IMG/VR virus record: IMGVR_UViG_3300020045_008410
Location: 1-45,768 of that record
Origin: a virus
Taxonomy: Duplodnaviria; Caudoviricetes
Length of the DNA stretch: 45,768 nucleotides
Reading direction: 5' to 3' (one strand)
The position numbers and the translations under genes were made by a program. Below, piece by piece: positions 10,022 to 18,927 of this stretch (positions within the stretch are counted from its first letter, which is position 1; each line of letters begins with the position of its first letter). Below the pieces are notes generated by a model, which was given only the letters and a program-made list of their open reading frames with translations, was not told where the DNA came from and made no database searches.

Positions 10022-10380
10022 GATTTTATTTTTTTGATTAGTTGTTTAGCTTTGTAACAAACTTGAAATTCATACTCTGTTGCGTTTTCTCTGTCAAATT
10101 CTTGAATAAGTAATTCCAACATCGCCAACATTTCCTTATTCTGTTCCAACAACTCCGATAACTCGCAATTTATTTGCTGACGAACTTTGAATGCGTCAAC
10201 TATTAGATTTTGGTCTTGTTTGTTTTCTTCAAGTTCAGTTTCGTAACGTTCATCTTGATTTGGATATTTATTTGGCTTAGTCAAAACGCATATAATACCG
10301 CCTTTATTTCTTATCGCCCTTTTGTTATCAGAGGTAAAAATCGCTCTTGCTTCTCCAATACTTCCTTTAAATTCGCTCAT
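10018..10380 (-). CDS. hypothetical phage protein
   Basis: 120 aa in a tightly coupled small-gene block. Confidence 0.55.
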   Translation of the reverse strand: MSEFKGSIGEARAIFTSDNKRAIRNKGGIICVLTKPNKYPNQDERYETELEENKQDQNLIVDAFKVRQQINCELSELLEQNKEMLAMLELLIQEFDRENATEYEFQVCYKAKQLIKKIKS

Positions 10381-10384
10381 AATT

Positions 10385-10921
10385 CTATTTTGTTAAAGTG
10401 TTAATGTCGATGTATAATTCTTCTGGAATGTTTACGGCAAAATGCCATTCGTAGAGTTTTTGAATTAAGTCAAAATTATTTTTAACTAAACTATCTTTCG
10501 AACCCTCAAAGTTATTGCCTTTATCAAAATAAAATATTTTAAATTCTTCATCAAATTTAAAATAATCATAAGAATCATAATCGCTTGTACCTATTCCTAA
10601 ATCTATAATTTTATAATCGCTTCTTAATTCAAAATCATTAGCCATCTTAGCCAACTCCTCAATCGGCACAAATCCCAAATCTTCACGAAACTTTGTAAGG
10701 TCGGATAGTGGGTGTAAGATTGGTTTAATATTTTCCAAATTTGTCAATTCTCCCTTTTTTCTACCAAATTGGTCAATCGGATAACCCACCAAAGTTCCTT
10801 CAATATTAATAGTATGCAATTCGCAAATTTTATTTCTATCAAAACCTCTAAAGTCTTTTACAACAAGTATTCGCAACCCAGTCCCTAAATACCCTTTTAA
10901 ATGTTCAATTGTTAATTTCAT
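10385..10921 (-). CDS. hypothetical phage protein
   Basis: 178 aa; IKPILHPLSDL motif and KLYEWHF...IDINTL end. Confidence 0.6.
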   Translation of the reverse strand: MKLTIEHLKGYLGTGLRILVVKDFRGFDRNKICELHTINIEGTLVGYPIDQFGRKKGELTNLENIKPILHPLSDLTKFREDLGFVPIEELAKMANDFELRSDYKIIDLGIGTSDYDSYDYFKFDEEFKIFYFDKGNNFEGSKDSLVKNNFDLIQKLYEWHFAVNIPEELYIDINTLTK

Positions 10922-11055
10922 AATTCTATTTCTTTAAGATTATACTTCATTTTTCCAAATATTGATTTGATTTGTCTTTTGTTTTGTAGCGTGTTTTCAC
11001 TTCGTAACACTACTTGATTTCTTACGATTACTAAGAGATTAAATTTTAGGTTCAT
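10918..11055 (-). CDS. small hypothetical protein (not in ORF track)
   Basis: read manually: MNLKFNLLVIVRNQVVLRSE...KEIEL*, 45 aa, ATGA overlap with next ORF, follows -7 box at 11097. Confidence 0.5.
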   Translation of the reverse strand: MNLKFNLLVIVRNQVVLRSENTLQNKRQIKSIFGKMKYNLKEIEL

Positions 11056-11080
11056 AATTTTAATGTTTTAATTAATAATT

Positions 11081-11189
11081 TGTTTCTTAAAAGAAACAAA
11101 AGTATATAAAAATTCAATACGTTTCTTAAAAGCAACAAAAAAAGTTTCTTAAAAGAAACAAATTTATATTTTTGTTCGTTTTAAGAAAC
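11081..11189. repeat. four copies of a 16-bp palindromic operator-like site overlapping promoters
   Basis: GTTTCTTAAAAGAAAC at 11082 and 11144, GTTTCTTAAAAGCAAC at 11121, GTTCGTTTTAAGAAAC at 11174; -7 boxes TACTTTTG (11097-11104) and TAAATTTG (11159-11166). Confidence 0.75.
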
Positions 11190-11190
11190 T

Positions 11191-11215
11191 AAAAAGCCAC
11201 TCAAAAGAATGGCTA
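11191..11215 (-). terminator. weak terminator after terminase large subunit
   Basis: AGCCA/TGGCT stem plus T-run on minus strand. Confidence 0.4.
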
Positions 11216-11218
11216 ATT

Positions 11219-12748
11219 TTAATCATTGTACTCGGTTGCTGCTACATCTTCATCATCATCAAATAAATCAAACCACTCTCGCAAACACATCATATCCATA
11301 AAGTCTGGACTTTCATTTTGCAAAATAGCTTTCATTTGCTCTTTTGGAATGGCTCTTAATTTTTGGTCATTATCTGGTTTGGCTTTTTTAAATGCTTTTC
11401 TTTCAAATAAAGCACGCTCTTTTATAGTCATTTTACTATCAAACATTGCGTTTGCAACGGTTTCATTTACTTTGTATTCGTTGTTATTTACGGCTTTTCC
11501 ACAACGGAATATTAATTGATTTTTAAGGTTAAAATAATTTTCTTTTATTGGATTTCCGCTCATTTCATCAATAACGTAAGCAACTGAACTATTTCCATTG
11601 AAAGGAATTGCACCTTCAAAAAATCCATCAACTAACTGACCTATTCCATCATTATCAAATATAAATCTATGGTTCGGAATTCGATGTTTTAAAAGCATTC
11701 TATTGATTCCGCTAATAACTTCTGGTCCATTTGATTTTTCCATAACAAGTATATCAATCAACTCTTTACCGTCAAAAACACCGACTACAAACTTGTTACT
11801 TCCTTGACCTGCAATATCTGCTGTTAAGTATTTACGCCCTGTTTTAACCTCAAATTTGTTGTTAAACATTCCGTTAAATGCCTTGAAATTAAAAATATCA
11901 TTTGCTGAAAGTACGTGTTTCCAATTACCATCCATCAAACTTAATCTCGTTGCTTCATCTTGTGAAAGTAAGTTAGCCAAATACTCGGGATTTACTTTTA
12001 AAAGCTCCTTGTTATCGTAAATCGAACCCGAAATAAAAGTTAATGATTTTATAAGATTTTCAGGTTTAGTATCTGATTTTGTAACAAGTTCCTCAAGAAA
12101 AAACCAACTTTTTTCAATTACCTCTTGATAAGTAGAACCCCAAATATAACCATCTTTATACTTTATAAAATATCGAATAACTCCATCTCTTTCAGCTATT
12201 GGAAATCCTGTGTTTGAATCAATCCACCATTCAATTATTTTTGCAACCCAACTATCTGGATCAGGATTACACGTTGCTCTAACGTATGGTTTTACTCCGC
12301 AATTACTCCTGTTTCTGGATAATAAATAGAAAAACATTTTTTCCGTAAAGTGTGTTAATTCATCAAATCCTATGAAAGGAATTTGAGAACCTTGCCAATC
12401 GAAAATATTTTTTTCATATTCTAAATGCGAGAATTTTAGTTTTGAAGTTTCTTCGTTCTTTGCATTTTTAAAAGACCATTCTAATTTACTTTCTCTCGGA
12501 GAAGCTCCAATAAACGGATATATTTTCATTGAAGTATCCCATAAACCGCCCTCAAGTCTTATTTGTGGAGAAGTTCTACGGAATATTACACTACCGAAAT
12601 TTGGAACGTCTTTATGTCTTAATGGTTCTAAAAGTAAAGCATAGCTCTTACCAACTCCACCTCCGCTGCCACCAATTACAATATCTGCGCTACTCGATAA
12701 AAATCTTTCTTGGAAACCTTGTTGTGGTTTTATAATACGTGTTTCCAT
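11219..12748 (-). CDS. terL: terminase large subunit
   Basis: Walker A GGSGGGVGKS, Walker B IGFDELTHF, coupling motif ATCNP, RNase H-like nuclease TADIAGQG...SPDFMD. Confidence 0.92.
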   Translation of the reverse strand: METRIIKPQQGFQERFLSSSADIVIGGSGGGVGKSYALLLEPLRHKDVPNFGSVIFRRTSPQIRLEGGLWDTSMKIYPFIGASPRESKLEWSFKNAKNEETSKLKFSHLEYEKNIFDWQGSQIPFIGFDELTHFTEKMFFYLLSRNRSNCGVKPYVRATCNPDPDSWVAKIIEWWIDSNTGFPIAERDGVIRYFIKYKDGYIWGSTYQEVIEKSWFFLEELVTKSDTKPENLIKSLTFISGSIYDNKELLKVNPEYLANLLSQDEATRLSLMDGNWKHVLSANDIFNFKAFNGMFNNKFEVKTGRKYLTADIAGQGSNKFVVGVFDGKELIDILVMEKSNGPEVISGINRMLLKHRIPNHRFIFDNDGIGQLVDGFFEGAIPFNGNSSVAYVIDEMSGNPIKENYFNLKNQLIFRCGKAVNNNEYKVNETVANAMFDSKMTIKERALFERKAFKKAKPDNDQKLRAIPKEQMKAILQNESPDFMDMMCLREWFDLFDDDEDVAATEYND

Positions 12749-13317
12749 TGTGTTCTTTTTATTGCTCCCATAGCTGTTTTTTTACTTACTCCAAAATAAT
12801 CTGCGACTTTTTGATAACTAAAATCTCCTGGTATATACATTTTTCTCATTTCTAAAACTATTTCTTCTGTTATTTTAGAATTGCCTATCTGTGACCCTTT
12901 TTTTATAGTTTTATTAACAAATGTACGTCTTTCATCCTCTGTATAACTCATTTTTATTAATCCCATTTTAATCGCGTGGTTTACATTTTCCATATGTGTA
13001 CACCATTCCAGATTCTCTAAATTATTGTCTGATTTAATAGCGTTTATATGATTTACAAAAGGTTTATTTTCTGGATTAGGCAAAAAAGCCTTACAAACTT
13101 CTCGATGTACTTTTAATGTAGTTAGTTTTTTGCCAATTTCTGAAACTGCAAATCTGTAATATCCTTTTGGATCTAAAGCTGGTTTTAAGTTTTTTGCTTT
13201 TCTTGTGTATTTTTTACCATCACTTTTAATTATGATTTTTTCAATACTTCTTACATTTCCTTGATTAGAAACTTCATAATCCGTTTCGTAACCTACTATT
13301 TTTTTCCATATTTCCAT
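12730..13317 (-). CDS. NUMOD4-HNH homing endonuclease
   Basis: EIWKKIVGYE.DYEVSNQGNVRS (NUMOD4); VHREV...VNHINAIKSDNNLENLEWCTHMEN (HNH); C-terminal HTH; -7 box at 13322-13329. Confidence 0.92.
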   Translation of the reverse strand: MEIWKKIVGYETDYEVSNQGNVRSIEKIIIKSDGKKYTRKAKNLKPALDPKGYYRFAVSEIGKKLTTLKVHREVCKAFLPNPENKPFVNHINAIKSDNNLENLEWCTHMENVNHAIKMGLIKMSYTEDERRTFVNKTIKKGSQIGNSKITEEIVLEMRKMYIPGDFSYQKVADYFGVSKKTAMGAIKRTQWKHVL

Positions 13318-13341
13318 AAGGCAAATATAGGAATTAATGTT

Positions 13342-13821
13342 TTACCTACCGTTATCTGGTAACTGATAAATATTTACAACATTGTTTCCATTTACTGGAG
13401 TAATTGACTTATCTTTTTCGTAGTAACCTAATTTCTTTGCTATTCTTTCCTGTGCTGCGTTAAATCCTGCAACTCCTATAAAACTTAAAACTCTTTGAGC
13501 GACTTCAATTTGCTTCTTTGTAGACTTCATATTTCGCAAAACCGCTACGTTGCTATTGTATGTTTCAATCATATCGTAGTCTAATTTTAGACTGTCTTGA
13601 ATGGTATGTACAAATACTTTTTGGCTCTTTTCTTGTAATTCCGCTATGTAAGTAGTTATTAATTCGTTTCTAAACAATTGTTGAGTTGCACCATTAATCG
13701 ATGTGTTACTCATATTTATTGCATTGTAACTTTGTCTGTATGCTTCTTGCTTGTTTCCTAGCTCAATATATTTTTCGCAAAACTTTCTTTGCTTTGGCGT
13801 TAAATTAGTTCCCTTTCTCAT
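13342..13821 (-). CDS. terS: terminase small subunit
   Basis: LTPKQRKFCEKYIELGNKQEAYRQSY N-terminal HTH; C-terminal LPDNGR; upstream of terL. Confidence 0.85.
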   Translation of the reverse strand: MRKGTNLTPKQRKFCEKYIELGNKQEAYRQSYNAINMSNTSINGATQQLFRNELITTYIAELQEKSQKVFVHTIQDSLKLDYDMIETYNSNVAVLRNMKSTKKQIEVAQRVLSFIGVAGFNAAQERIAKKLGYYEKDKSITPVNGNNVVNIYQLPDNGR

Positions 13822-13891
13822 TTTAAACCAGTCTTTTAGTTTATTAAATGTTTGTTTTCTTCAATTCACTTTTTTTAGTGATTTTGTTTTT

Positions 13892-13994
13892 CAAAGGTAT
13901 ATAATTTTTATGAATTTTAAAGCGTTGTTTCTTTTGAGAAACTTTTATTTTTAATCGTTGTTTTTAAGAAACATTATTGTTTCTTTTAGAAAAC
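13892..13994 (-). promoter_or_regulatory. terS promoter with three degenerate copies of the 16-bp operator
   Basis: TACCTTTG at 13892-13899; GTTTCTTTTGAGAAAC 13927, GTTGTTTTTAAGAAAC 13957, GTTTCTTTTAGAAAAC 13979. Confidence 0.65.
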
Positions 13995-14004
13995 TATTTT
14001 AAAT

Positions 14005-14040
14005 AAAAAAACCTCGAATAGAATATTAACTATTTCGAGG
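14005..14040 (-). terminator. intrinsic terminator
   Basis: CCTCGAA/TTCGAGG stem plus 7-T tail. Confidence 0.7.
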
Positions 14041-14079
14041 CTTTCAATTTTAATTATGGCTGTTGCAAATATAGAAATC

Positions 14080-14298
14080 TTATTGAATTAATTGCAAATT
14101 TTCAGCCATTTCTGAATCGTTCCAAAAGTGAAGGTTTGAATTTGTTGGTGCAATTCCTTCAATCATTCTGTAGGTTACACGCCTGTTTTTTCTTGCGCTT
14201 TCAATCTCAATTATAGAGTTTATACTTGGTGTTGTGTTGTCAACTTTTAATCCCTCTTTTACTTGGTAATTTTGACCTTTTTTAAATTTATTTTTCAT
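14080..14298 (-). CDS. hypothetical protein
   Basis: 72 aa, KFKKGQ start suggests SH3-like fold. Confidence 0.5.
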   Translation of the reverse strand: MKNKFKKGQNYQVKEGLKVDNTTPSINSIIEIESARKNRRVTYRMIEGIAPTNSNLHFWNDSEMAENLQLIQ

Positions 14299-14315
14299 TG
14301 TGTTTATTTATTAAA

Positions 14316-14702
14316 TTAATCTAAAATATAATCTTCCGTGTGATAAGTCATTAGTCCTTCTACAAGTTCTACTTTGTTATTTTGAACTATGCAAGTTGTA
14401 TGTGGATGATGGTTTTCTGCTAAATACTTCATTAAAGGACGAACCGCTTCTGAAAAAATTCTTTCTTCTTTTGGGTGCTTTCCAATGGAATGTAAACTTC
14501 TGTCGTAAATTGAATATAAAACATTAAATTCCTTAATAAAACCAGACCCTAATACGCAATTTGGTGCTATACCATTATTAGCCTGATATGTTTTTTCTTC
14601 TTTATAAAATCTAATAATTTTATTATCGGTTTTTACATCTACAAAATCAAATCCGTTCTCAAATCTTTTTTGTACTTCGGCAATTTTAAATAATTCTAAC
14701 AT
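14316..14702 (-). CDS. hypothetical protein sharing a C-terminal domain with the cassette 3 ORF
   Basis: RPLMKYLAENHHPHT...DYILD. Confidence 0.65.
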   Translation of the reverse strand: MLELFKIAEVQKRFENGFDFVDVKTDNKIIRFYKEEKTYQANNGIAPNCVLGSGFIKEFNVLYSIYDRSLHSIGKHPKEERIFSEAVRPLMKYLAENHHPHTTCIVQNNKVELVEGLMTYHTEDYILD

Positions 14703-14714
14703 AATTTTTGTTTT

Positions 14715-14957
14715 TTATAATTGTGTTTTTAAATTAATACTTATTTCGTATCCAATAGCCTCTGCAATCATTAAGAAAGTCAATGCGCTTGGCTCTTGTG
14801 ATTTTCTGTTTATAAACCTCCAAACGTTCGGAGTTGTAATACCAGACTTTTTTGAAACTTCTACATTTGAAATTTTATTGATTTGCATATATTTTTTCAT
14901 TTGTATAATCTCATAATTTAACCTTATTGAAGCTCTTTTTTTAGCATCTGAAATCAT
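14715..14957 (-). CDS. XRE/Cro-like HTH protein
   Basis: KISNVEVSKKSGITTPNVWRFINRKSQEPSALTFLMIAEAIGYEI. Confidence 0.75.
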   Translation of the reverse strand: MISDAKKRASIRLNYEIIQMKKYMQINKISNVEVSKKSGITTPNVWRFINRKSQEPSALTFLMIAEAIGYEISINLKTQL

Positions 14958-15169
14958 TACTTTTTACTAAAATTTTCAATGGTTTCCTTTACTTTTTTAT
15001 AATCATCGATATTTTGCTTTGTAATAAAATCATTTTCTAAAATTCCTAGTGCTTTTATTAATCCGTTAACGTGAATTACGCTTAATTTAATCGCTAAACT
15101 TCTATTTATTCTTATGCTACTTAGCCAAAATAAATTAAATATTTTAGTTGCTGTTTCTTCAATATTCAT
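14957..15169 (-). CDS. hypothetical protein
   Basis: 70 aa, 1-nt stop/start overlap. Confidence 0.5.
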   Translation of the reverse strand: MNIEETATKIFNLFWLSSIRINRSLAIKLSVIHVNGLIKALGILENDFITKQNIDDYKKVKETIENFSKK

Positions 15170-15181
15170 AATAAACCAGAT

Positions 15182-15724
15182 TTAAAAATAAATAAACAAT
15201 GTTATTGTGACTTCTTTTCGAAACTGTTTATATTTCTTAATTTCATTCTCAGCTTGGTAAATTGAAAATTGAGAACTTACTCCAAATTTATCATCTAAAA
15301 ACTTCCATTGCAATTCTAAATTTCCACCAAAAATTATTGGGTTTATTGTTACCTCACGATAGTTATCAGGCTGGTCGTAAGATGCATCAGGATGTTTTTT
15401 TCTTATTTGTCCAATCTCTAAACCACCATAAGCATAAATATTCTTTAAAATGCTCTTTTTTAAATCATATTGAACATATGTCCACTTTGTAAAATTTATT
15501 GCTTTATGGCTTTTAAATTGCGTCAAAATACGACTGTTTTCCCATTCAAACCCAAATGATAACTCGTAGTCTAAACTTGGTTTATTATTTTCTTCTTTAG
15601 GATGCGCTCCTAAAATTGCCATTTTTGGGTCGATACCTAAACTAAAAATAACCTTAAAATGTCGACTTGTTTGTTGTGCCATTGCACCGATGCTAATTAA
15701 TAGCATAAATAATAATTTTTTCAT
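15182..15724 (-). CDS. putative outer-membrane beta-barrel protein
   Basis: signal peptide ending AMA|QQ, alternating hydrophobic/aromatic strands, C-terminal ...ITLFIYF. Confidence 0.6.
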   Translation of the reverse strand: MKKLLFMLLISIGAMAQQTSRHFKVIFSLGIDPKMAILGAHPKEENNKPSLDYELSFGFEWENSRILTQFKSHKAINFTKWTYVQYDLKKSILKNIYAYGGLEIGQIRKKHPDASYDQPDNYREVTINPIIFGGNLELQWKFLDDKFGVSSQFSIYQAENEIKKYKQFRKEVTITLFIYF

Positions 15725-15728
15725 TTTG

Positions 15729-15980
15729 TTATCTTTTTTTAAATCCGTTTCTTTTTTTCTTGAATTTCTTTGCTAAATAAACATCTTTTGAATCACGTTT
15801 ATACATTGAATTTTTTCGCTTTTCAGCTACTTTTTTATTGATTGTATAAACGTGATATTGTTTACAAACTTTGCATTTGTAGTAAGATTGTGAAAGTCCT
15901 TTTTCTTGATCGAATACTTCGAACTGAGCTGCTAATAAAGTATATTTCTTCTTACTATCGCATATTTGTATGTGGTTCAT
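15729..15980 (-). CDS. small zinc-binding basic protein
   Basis: C..KKKY...YKCKVCKQYHV. Confidence 0.55.
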   Translation of the reverse strand: MNHIQICDSKKKYTLLAAQFEVFDQEKGLSQSYYKCKVCKQYHVYTINKKVAEKRKNSMYKRDSKDVYLAKKFKKKRNGFKKR

Positions 15981-17323
15981 TATTGCATTTTTAAAACAAT
16001 TCTTTCAATATGTTGCATTTCTTCTATTAATGCAATCACTCCCAAATCGTGTAAATAGTTAAATAGTTCTTGATATCTGTCGGCATCTTGTGTACTTATT
16101 AATTTAGGCTCAAAAGAAATACTATTTTCTAAATTCTCTTTGGCTTCTTTTTCAAATTCATTATGAGTTTCATTTACTACTATCGAAATAATTTCTTGAT
16201 TTTTTAATTCAATCGTTGCTGATGCATCTTTTGAATTTTCCGTACTTAAATCGACTGCAATTTCATTTACTTCAACTTCTTTTGGATTGTTCCAATCGAA
16301 TATTTCAGATTTAAAATGCTCAACTTTTTTATTAAAATCTAAATCGCTTAATTCTCTAATTTCATTTAGTTTTATTTCAACTAAAATAATATCGGTATCG
16401 GTTGCATAAATCCAACTTTGTAATTTTTCATTACCTAACAATCCTATTTTGTCCTCTAAAATGTCAATTCTAAAATCAGCTCTAGCGTTAATTTTTAAAG
16501 TAGTGTATTCATCAATTGAGAGTTCGCCTAAAGGTTTTTCTCCTTTGTATTTGTACTCATAATCAAATAACTCACTCATTCGCTCATTAGTCAATTTTGC
16601 TACTTCTAAGGCTTTATTTGACTGGTCCAAATCATATTGGGTAGTCAATTGTTTAATCAATGAATCAAATTGCTCGGATTTCTCATCTACCATTGAACTA
16701 TAAACCAAATCGTAATCTTCTAAATCAATTAATTTATCAACTACTTTATTATCGAAAATTGATAATATTGATCCAAATTGTTTTTCGTTTTCTTCAATTT
16801 GTGAATATTCTTTCGTTGAATCAATTATACTTTGTAAATCGGATGCAACTATATTAACTATGTTTTGAAGTTTGTTTTTACGTTCCGTTTCTTGATTCTC
16901 TTTTTCAATACGTGCATTTTCACGTCTTTTTTCTTCGTTTTCTAAACGATTTGTAATTTTAGTTTCCGTAGGCTCAACTATTAAAGTTAATTCATCTTTG
17001 ACTACTTTACTGCTTTTTGATGCTTGTGCTAAAACTGAACTATTGTGTTTTGTGATTTTATCAAGCGCAATTCTCGGCTCTTTGTGGATTTTTCTTAACT
17101 CTATTAATCGATTTTCTTCTTTGGTAGTTAATTGATCCTTTGCGATTAGTTCGTCAATTTCTTTTGAATGCTTTTTGACTAATGCTGTCAAATTCTTTTT
17201 AACGTTTGCTTTTGTGAATGAAATCAAAACCCCTTCACTTTCTTTTAAAACCTCATTAATTGGTTTTTGTGATAATGCAATTTCCTTTGTTGCGAATCCG
17301 TCAATTTTTAATAATTCTGCCAT
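15980..17323 (-). CDS. coiled-coil hypothetical protein
   Basis: 447 aa, K/E-rich helical. Confidence 0.6.
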   Translation of the reverse strand: MAELLKIDGFATKEIALSQKPINEVLKESEGVLISFTKANVKKNLTALVKKHSKEIDELIAKDQLTTKEENRLIELRKIHKEPRIALDKITKHNSSVLAQASKSSKVVKDELTLIVEPTETKITNRLENEEKRRENARIEKENQETERKNKLQNIVNIVASDLQSIIDSTKEYSQIEENEKQFGSILSIFDNKVVDKLIDLEDYDLVYSSMVDEKSEQFDSLIKQLTTQYDLDQSNKALEVAKLTNERMSELFDYEYKYKGEKPLGELSIDEYTTLKINARADFRIDILEDKIGLLGNEKLQSWIYATDTDIILVEIKLNEIRELSDLDFNKKVEHFKSEIFDWNNPKEVEVNEIAVDLSTENSKDASATIELKNQEIISIVVNETHNEFEKEAKENLENSISFEPKLISTQDADRYQELFNYLHDLGVIALIEEMQHIERIVLKMQ

Positions 17324-17343
17324 AATTTCTAATTTGTTATTTG

Positions 17344-17742
17344 TTAATTTTTATTTTTTTGGTTGTTACAAATTCTTTTAATAATGTGTTCACTTATTTT
17401 GTCCATCAACTCAACTTTATCTGGTAAGTTTTCAATTAAAGTAATTAATTTTTCTTTTGGAGTAATATTTTCGTGCTGAGTTAATTTTCTAAATCGGTTA
17501 AAACATTCAATGTATTTTTTGTCATTTTCATACAAAATATTATGTTTGTTTATTCCGTGAATAACCGATGCGTGAGTTAAATTAAATTCATAAGCAATTG
17601 TTTTTAGCATATAACCGCTACTTCTCATTGCTACAAATACCGCAAACCTACCCCAAACATTATTCTGTTCTCTTCCTGGTTGTCTAACATCGCAGCAAAA
17701 GTTAATATTTGCTAATTGGATAAAATTTTCAATATTGCTCAT
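17344..17742 (-). CDS. DnaA C-terminal-like HTH protein
   Basis: R........R..GYMLKTIAYEFNLTHASVIHG resembles DnaA domain IV. Confidence 0.6.
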   Translation of the reverse strand: MSNIENFIQLANINFCCDVRQPGREQNNVWGRFAVFVAMRSSGYMLKTIAYEFNLTHASVIHGINKHNILYENDKKYIECFNRFRKLTQHENITPKEKLITLIENLPDKVELMDKISEHIIKRICNNQKNKN

Positions 17743-17754
17743 TGGTTCTAATTT

Positions 17755-18006
17755 TTAAGCGTTTTCGTCAAAATTTTTTCTTAAAACCGTATCGACTTTA
17801 TTAATCAAATCTTGGAAGTAAGTCGTTTTTTGCATCGTTGAAGTGTTTGAAATTTCATTGTTTAAAAGTTCACAAAATTTAGTAATGTTTGCGTGTAATT
17901 CTTTTATTTGTGGTTTATCCGGCTTTAATTCGTCTAAATTTTCTAGCATCAAACTTGAAAGTACTACAAGTTTATGCATTAATTGGTGTTTTCTTTTTGG
18001 GTTCAT
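17755..18006 (-). CDS. hypothetical protein
   Basis: 83 aa, coupled overlap. Confidence 0.55.
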   Translation of the reverse strand: MNPKRKHQLMHKLVVLSSLMLENLDELKPDKPQIKELHANITKFCELLNNEISNTSTMQKTTYFQDLINKVDTVLRKNFDENA

Positions 18007-18305
18007 TTTGAATGATGGTTAATACAATCTTGTTTGTTTTCAAATATTAAATCTTGACCTTTCAATTTTAAGTCAATTTTAAGAACGTTTGCAATTCTCA
18101 TGGCTTGACTTCTGTCTTTTTGTATTATCATAAAACCAGCGCATTGTTTTCGCTCTTTTAACTTCCCTTTCGTGGTTTTGTGGCAAACGAAACTATCTGC
18201 TTCTAAAATTTCAGTCATTCGCTCCGAACCTAACCAACCTTTTAAACTATCCTTTCTAAAAGGACAATCTTTACAAGGTGTTTGAATTATTGGAAGTTTA
18301 TCCAT
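18003..18305 (-). CDS. Cys-rich phage protein (DUF6283-like)
   Basis: PCKDCPFRKDS..GWLG...FVCHKT...CAG. Confidence 0.6.
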   Translation of the reverse strand: MDKLPIIQTPCKDCPFRKDSLKGWLGSERMTEILEADSFVCHKTTKGKLKERKQCAGFMIIQKDRSQAMRIANVLKIDLKLKGQDLIFENKQDCINHHSK

Positions 18306-18492
18306 TTTGATAAGTTTTAAAAATTAACTTACAAACTTCAAGTCTTATGTCTATTTCAGAAATTATATAATAATATTCTCCTTCATAAAATATTGTAAAA
18401 TAAGTTGTTCCATTTTGTAATTTAACTTGAACTAAACAATCTTTTTTAACATCTATTGAAACATCTTTTTCGGTAAATATTTCTAATTTCAT
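18298..18492 (-). CDS. hypothetical protein
   Basis: 64 aa, coupled overlap. Confidence 0.45.
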   Translation of the reverse strand: MKLEIFTEKDVSIDVKKDCLVQVKLQNGTTYFTIFYEGEYYYIISEIDIRLEVCKLIFKTYQNG

Positions 18493-18493
18493 A

Positions 18494-18853
18494 TTAAAAT
18501 AAGTTAGTTTGTTGTTTTGCTAATTCCCTTGCTTTTGCGGTTTCTTCTGAAAGTCTTTTTTTACTTTGCTTTTCGCTATACTGAATACTAATCCACTCTT
18601 TAATCATACGACCTCGATTTCCTTTTGCTTTAGACTTAACCATTTTTTCATTATACTTTATCAGCTTGTTTTTTGATAACTCACTTATTGCAGTTCCGAA
18701 ATAAGCCATATTACTCGGCTTTGGATTAAACCTTAAAAAATCATTCCGTAAATCGTCAATCGTAAAAGGTTTCATTTGAGTAGAAACAAATTTTTTTGCA
18801 AACGAATAAAGTCTATCGTAATACTCTCTGTTTTCTAATTTGATATTTTCCAA
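18494..18853 (-). CDS. putative winged-helix protein
   Basis: 119 aa, FTIDDLR...YFGTAISELSKNKLIK; follows the duplicated promoter. Confidence 0.5.
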   Translation of the reverse strand: MENIKLENREYYDRLYSFAKKFVSTQMKPFTIDDLRNDFLRFNPKPSNMAYFGTAISELSKNKLIKYNEKMVKSKAKGNRGRMIKEWISIQYSEKQSKKRLSEETAKARELAKQQTNLF

Positions 18854-18862
18854 TGTCTTATT

Positions 18863-18927
18863 TGTTTTTGTTTTGTCAAAAGTAATAAATTTATTTTATA
18901 TAAAAACAATATTTTTTATTTATTTTT
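18863..18927 (-). promoter_or_regulatory. promoter, copy B of ~65-bp direct repeat
   Basis: 38 bp identical to 32789-32826, near-identical beyond; contains TACTTTTG -7 box. Confidence 0.75.

Noticed and set aside
11081-11189. Mini CRISPR array
   Set aside because: Repeats are 16 bp with irregular 7-23 bp gaps and overlap promoter boxes; no cas genes.
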